Shown here piece by piece: positions 59,301 to 64,000 of a stretch of 64,000 nt of DNA. The position numbers and the translations under genes are program-made. Position 1 is the stretch's first letter. Each line of letters starts with the position of its first letter. This DNA comes from Squalus acanthias (taxonomy: Eukaryota): NCBI GenBank assembly GCA_030390025.1, contig JASTWF010000337.1, forward strand, positions 62,001 through 126,000, given 5' to 3'. Under the pieces are notes generated by a model. That model was not told the origin of the DNA and made no database searches. It saw only the letters and a list, made by a program, of their open reading frames with translations.

Positions 59301-62300
59301 AGAGAGACTGAGTGTGTGAGAGAGAGGCAGACTGTGAGTGTGTGAGAGAGAGACAGACTGTGAGTGCGTGAGAGAGAGACAGACTGTGAGTGTGTGAGAG
59401 TGAGACAGACTGTGAGTGTGTGAGAGAGAGACAGACTGTGAGTGTGTGTGAGAGAGAGACAGACTGTGAGTGTGTGTGAGAGGCAGACAGATTGTGAGTG
59501 TGTGAGAGAGACAGACTTTGAGTGAGTGTGTGAGAGAGACAGACTGTGTCTGTGTGAGAGAGAGACAGACTGTGAGTGTGTGAGAGAGAGATAGACTGAG
59601 TGTGTGTGAGAGAGAGACAGATTGTGAGTGTGTGTGAGAGAGACAGACTGTGAGTGTGTGTGAGAGAGGGATAGACTGTGAGTGTGTGAGAGAGACAGAC
59701 TGAGTATGTGAGTGTGTGAGTGAGACAGACTGAGTGTGTGTGAGAGAGAGGCAGACTGAGTGTGTAAGTGAGAGAGACAGATGTGAGTGTGTGAGAGAGA
59801 GCTAGAGTGTGAGTGTGAGAGAGAGAGACAGACTGTGAGTGTGTGTGAGAGAGAGACAGACTGAGTGTGTGAGAGAGGCAGACAGACTGTGAGTGTCTGT
59901 GAGAAAGACAGACTGTGAGAGTGTAAGAGAGAGAGACAAACTGTGAGTGTGTATGAGATAGTGACAGAATGAGTGTGTGTGTGTGAGAGAGATAGTCTGA
60001 GTTTGCGTGAGAGAGACAGACTGCGATTATGTGAGTGAGACAGATTGAGTGTGTGTGAGAGAGAGACAGACTGAGTGTATGAGAGAGAGAGACAGACTGT
60101 GAGTGTGTGATGGAGACAAAGATTGTGAGTGTGAGAGAGAGACAGACTGAGTGTGTGAGAGAGACAGACAGAATTGGAGTGTGTGTGAGAGAGAGACAGA
60201 CTGAGTGTGTAAGAGAGAGAGACAGACTGAGTGTGTGTGAGAGAGACAGACTGAGTGAGTGTGTGCGGGAGAGAGACTGAGTGTGTGTGAGAGAGAGACA
60301 GGCTGTGAATTGGTCTGATATAGAGACAGACTGAGTGTGTGTGAGAGAGACAGACTGTGAGTGTGTGTGAGAGAGAGACAGACTGTGAGCGTGTGAGAGA
60401 GACAGACTGTGAGTGTGAGTAAGAGACAGACTGTGAGTGTGTGTGAGTGAGAGACAGACTGTGAGTGTGTGTGAGAGAGAGACAGACTGTGAGCGTGTGA
60501 GAGAGACAGACTGAGTGCGTGTGAGAGAGAGACAGACTGAGTGTGTGTGAGAGAGAGAGACAGTCTGTGAGTGTGAGAGATATAGACAGGCTGTGAGTGT
60601 GTGAGAGAGAGACAGACTGTGAGTGTGTGTGTGAGAGAGAGATAGACTGTGAGTGTGTGAGAGAGACAGATTGTGAGTGTGTGAGAGAGAGACAGCCTGT
60701 GAGTGTGTGTGACAGAGAGACTGACTGTGAGTGTGTGAGAGAGACAGATTGTGAGTGTGTGAGAGAGAGAGACAGACTGTGAGTGTTTGAGAGAGACAGA
60801 CTGTGAGTGTGTGAGAGAGACAGACTGTGAGTGGATGTGAGAGTGACAGATTGTGAGTGTGTGAGCGAGACAGACTGAGTGATTGTGTGCGGGAGAGAGA
60901 CTGAGTGTGTGTGAGAGAGAGACAGACTGTGAATGTGTCTGAGATAGAGACAGACTGAGTGTGTGTGAGAGAGACAGACTGTGAGTGTGTGTGAGAGAGA
61001 GACAGACTGTGAGTGTGAGTAAGAGACAGACTGTGAGTGTGTGTGAGTGAGAGACAGACTGTGAGTGTGTGTGAGAGAGAGACAGACTTTGAGCGTGTGA
61101 GAGAGAGACAGACTGTGAGTGTGTGAGAGAGACAAACTGAGTGCGTGTGAGAGAGAGACAGACTGAGTGTGTGTGAGAGAGAGAGACAGACTGAGTGTGT
61201 GTGAGAGAGAGACAGACTGAGTTTGTGTGAGAGAGACAGACTGTGAGTGTGTGAGAGAGAGAGACAGACTGTGATGTGTGAGAGAGAGACTGTGAGTGTG
61301 TGTGAGAGAGAGACAGACTGTGAGTGTGTTTGTGAGAGACAGACTGTGAGTGTGTGGGAGAGAAAGACAGACTGTGATTGTGTGACAGAGACAGACTGTG
61401 AGTGTGTGAGAGAGAGAGACAGACTGAGTGTGTGTGAGAGGGACAGACTGTGAGTGTGAGTAAGAGACAGACTGTGAGTGTGTGAGAGAGAGACAGACTG
61501 TGAGTGTGAGTAAGAGACAGACTGTGAGTGTGTGAGAGAGAGACAGACTGTGAGTGTGAGTAAGAGACAGACTGAGTGTGTGTGAGAGAGAGACAGACTG
61601 AGTGTGTGTGAGAGAGAGAGACAGACTGAGTGTGTGTGAGAGAGAGACACACTGAGTGTGTGTGAGAGAGAGAGACAGACTGTGAGTGTGTGAGAGAGAC
61701 AGACTGTGAGTGTGTTTGAGAGAGAGACAGACTGTGAGTGTGAGTGAGAGAGACAGACTGTGAGTGTGAGAGAGACAGATTGTGAGTGTGTGAGAGAGAG
61801 AAACAGACTGTGAGTGTGTGTGAGAGAGACTGAGACTGTGAGTGTGAGAGAGACAGACTGTGAGTGGATGTGAGAGTGACAGATTGTGAGTGTGTGAGAG
61901 AGACAGACTGAGTGATTGTGTGCGGGAGAGAGACTGAGTGTTTGTGAGAGAGAGACAGACTGTGAATGTGTCTGAGATAGAGACAGACTGAGTGTGTGTG
62001 AGAGAGACAGACTGTGAGTGTGTGTGAGAGAGAGACAGACTGTGAGTGTGAGTAAGAGACAGACTGTGAGTGTGTGTGAGTGAGAGACAGACTGTGAGTG
62101 TGTGTGAGAGAGAGACAGACTTTGAGCGTGTGAGAGAGAGACAGACTGTGAGTGTGTGAGAGAGACAAACTGAGTGCGTGTGAGAGAGAGACAGACTGAG
62201 TGTGTGTGAGAGAGAGAGACAGACTGAGTGTGTGTGAGAGAGAGACAGACTGAGTTTGTGTGAGAGAGACAGACTGTGAGTGTGTGAGAGAGAGAGACAG

Positions 62301-64000
62301 ACTGTGAGTGTGTGAGAGAGAGACTGTGAGTGTGTGTGAGAGAGACAGACTGTGAGTGTGTTTGTGAGAGACAGACTGTGAGTGTGTGGGAGAGAAAGAC
62401 AGACTGTGATTGTGTGACAGAGACAGACTGTGAGTGTGTGAGAGAGAGAGACAGACTGAGTGTGTGTGAGAGAGACAGACTGTGAGTGTGAGTAAGAGAC
62501 AGACTGTGAGTGTGTGAGAGAGAGACAGACTGTGAGTGTGAGTAAGAGACAGACTGTGAGTGTGTGAGAGAGAGACAGACTGTGAGTGTGAGTAAGAGAC
62601 AGACTGAGTGTGTGTGAGAGAGAGACAGACTGAGTGTGTGTGAGAGAGAGAGACAGACTGAGTGTGTGTGAGAGAGAGACACACTGAGTTTGTGTGAGAG
62701 AGAGAGACAGACTGTGAGTGTGTGTGAGAGAGAGAGACAGACTGTGAGTGTGTGAGAGAGAGAGACAGACTGTGAGTGTGTGTGATAGAGAGACAGACTG
62801 TGTGTGTGAGAGAGGCAGACTGTGAGTGTGTGAGAGAGAGACAGACTGTGAGTGTGTGTGATAGAGAGAGACAGACTGAGTGTGTGAGAGAGAGAGACTG
62901 AGTGTGTGAGAGAGAGACAGACTGTGAGTTTGTGAGAGAGAGACAGACTGTGAGTGTGTGAGAGAGACATACTGTGAGTGTGTGTGATAGAGAGAGACAG
63001 ACTGAGTGTGTGAGAGAGAGACAGACTGAGTGTGTGTGACAGAGAGACAGATTGTGAGTGTGTGTGAGAGAGACAGACTGTCAGTGTGTGTGAGCGAGGG
63101 ATAGACTGTGAGTGTGAGAGAGAGACAGACTGTGAGTGTGTGAGAGAGACAGACTGTGAGTGTGAGAGAGACAGACTGTGAGTGTGTGAGAGAGAGAGAC
63201 AGACTGTGAGTGTGTGAGAGAGAGAGATAGACTGTGAGTGTGTGTGACAGAGACAGAGACTGTGAGTGTGAGAGAGAGAGAGATAGACTGTGAGTGTGTG
63301 TGACAGAGACAGAGACTGTGAGTGTGAGAGAGACAGACTGTGAGTGTGTGTGAGAGAGACAGAGTGTGAGTGTGAGAGAGAGAGAGACAGACTGTGAGTG
63401 TGTGTGAGAGGCAGACAGATTGTGAGTGTGTGAGAGAGACAGACTTTGAGTGAGTGTGTGAGAGAGACAGACTGTGAGTGTGTGTGAGAGAGAGACAGAC
63501 TGTGAGTGTGTGAGAGAGACAGACTGAGTATGTGAGTGTGTGAGTGAGACAGACTGAGTGTGTGTGAGAGAGAGGCAGACTGAGTGTGTAAGTGAGAGAG
63601 ACAGACTGAGTGTGTGTGAGAGAGACAGACTGAGTGAGTGTGTGTGAGAGATAGACTGAGTGTGAGTGTGTGTGAGAGAGAGACAGACTGAGTGTGTGAG
63701 AGAGGCAGACAGACTGTGAGTGTGTGTGAGAAAGACAGACTGTGAGTGTGTAAGAGAGAGAGACAAACTGTGAGTGTGTATGAGATAGTGACAGAATGAG
63801 TGTGTGTGTGTGAGAGAGATAGTCTGAGTTTGTGTGAGAGAGACAGACTGCGATTATGTGAGTGAGACAGATTGAGTGTGTGTGAGAGAGAGACAGACTG
63901 CGAGTATGAGAGAGAGAGACAGACTGTGAGTGTGTGATGGAGACACAGATTGTGATTGTGAGATAGAGACAGACTGAGTGTGTGAGAGAGAGAGAGACAG
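32356..64000. repeat. Large uninterrupted satellite array, ~20-26-bp monomer GACAGACT(GT)GAGTGTGT(GA)n, with kb-scale higher-order duplications
   Basis: 31.6 kb of tandem monomers running to the window end. Rare variant monomers recur at offsets of 5932, 2003 and 1162 bp. Confidence 0.97.

Noticed and set aside
13093..63766. Very long minus-strand ORFs of S/L/H/T/V/C (up to 3022 aa) and short plus-strand CERETD ORFs
   Set aside because: They are translations of the satellite, open in several overlapping frames because the CA/CT-rich strand rarely forms stops. No domain content.
13023..64000. CRISPR array or telomeric repeat
   Set aside because: No constant repeat with unique spacers, no cas genes, eukaryotic context, and no TTAGGG arrays.

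Overview
Eukaryotic, repeat-only window with no host genes. The CR1, Harbinger and LINE types suggest a vertebrate, probably a cartilaginous fish (inference). 1-12.3 kb: a decayed Harbinger DNA transposon associated with two different LTR elements whose Env proteins are homologous and resemble class I (F-like) fusion proteins. One is cut by the window edge (env end plus LTR, 1-1372). The other is complete (1999-10722, minus strand), with 1384-bp LTRs about 99% identical, a CATC target-site duplication and a tRNA-Arg primer-binding site. It carries gag and env but no pol. Where pol should be there is a 357-aa ORF containing a second copy of the Gag coiled coil, and its Env appears to carry an N-terminal Ig-like domain. 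This is the best candidate for an undescribed system. 12.3-32.4 kb: (GT)n/(GA)n-derived satellite interrupted by a LINE 3' fragment, CR1 fragments, a Ty3/Gypsy element (YLDN reverse transcriptase, duplicated PPT) and an intact full-length CR1 nested in an older CR1 inside an inverted duplication of the target. 32.4-64 kb: an uninterrupted satellite array with kb-scale tandem duplications (5932, 2003 and 1162 bp). The very long S/L/H/T ORFs are satellite artefacts. All family assignments come from motif recognition by eye, not database searches.
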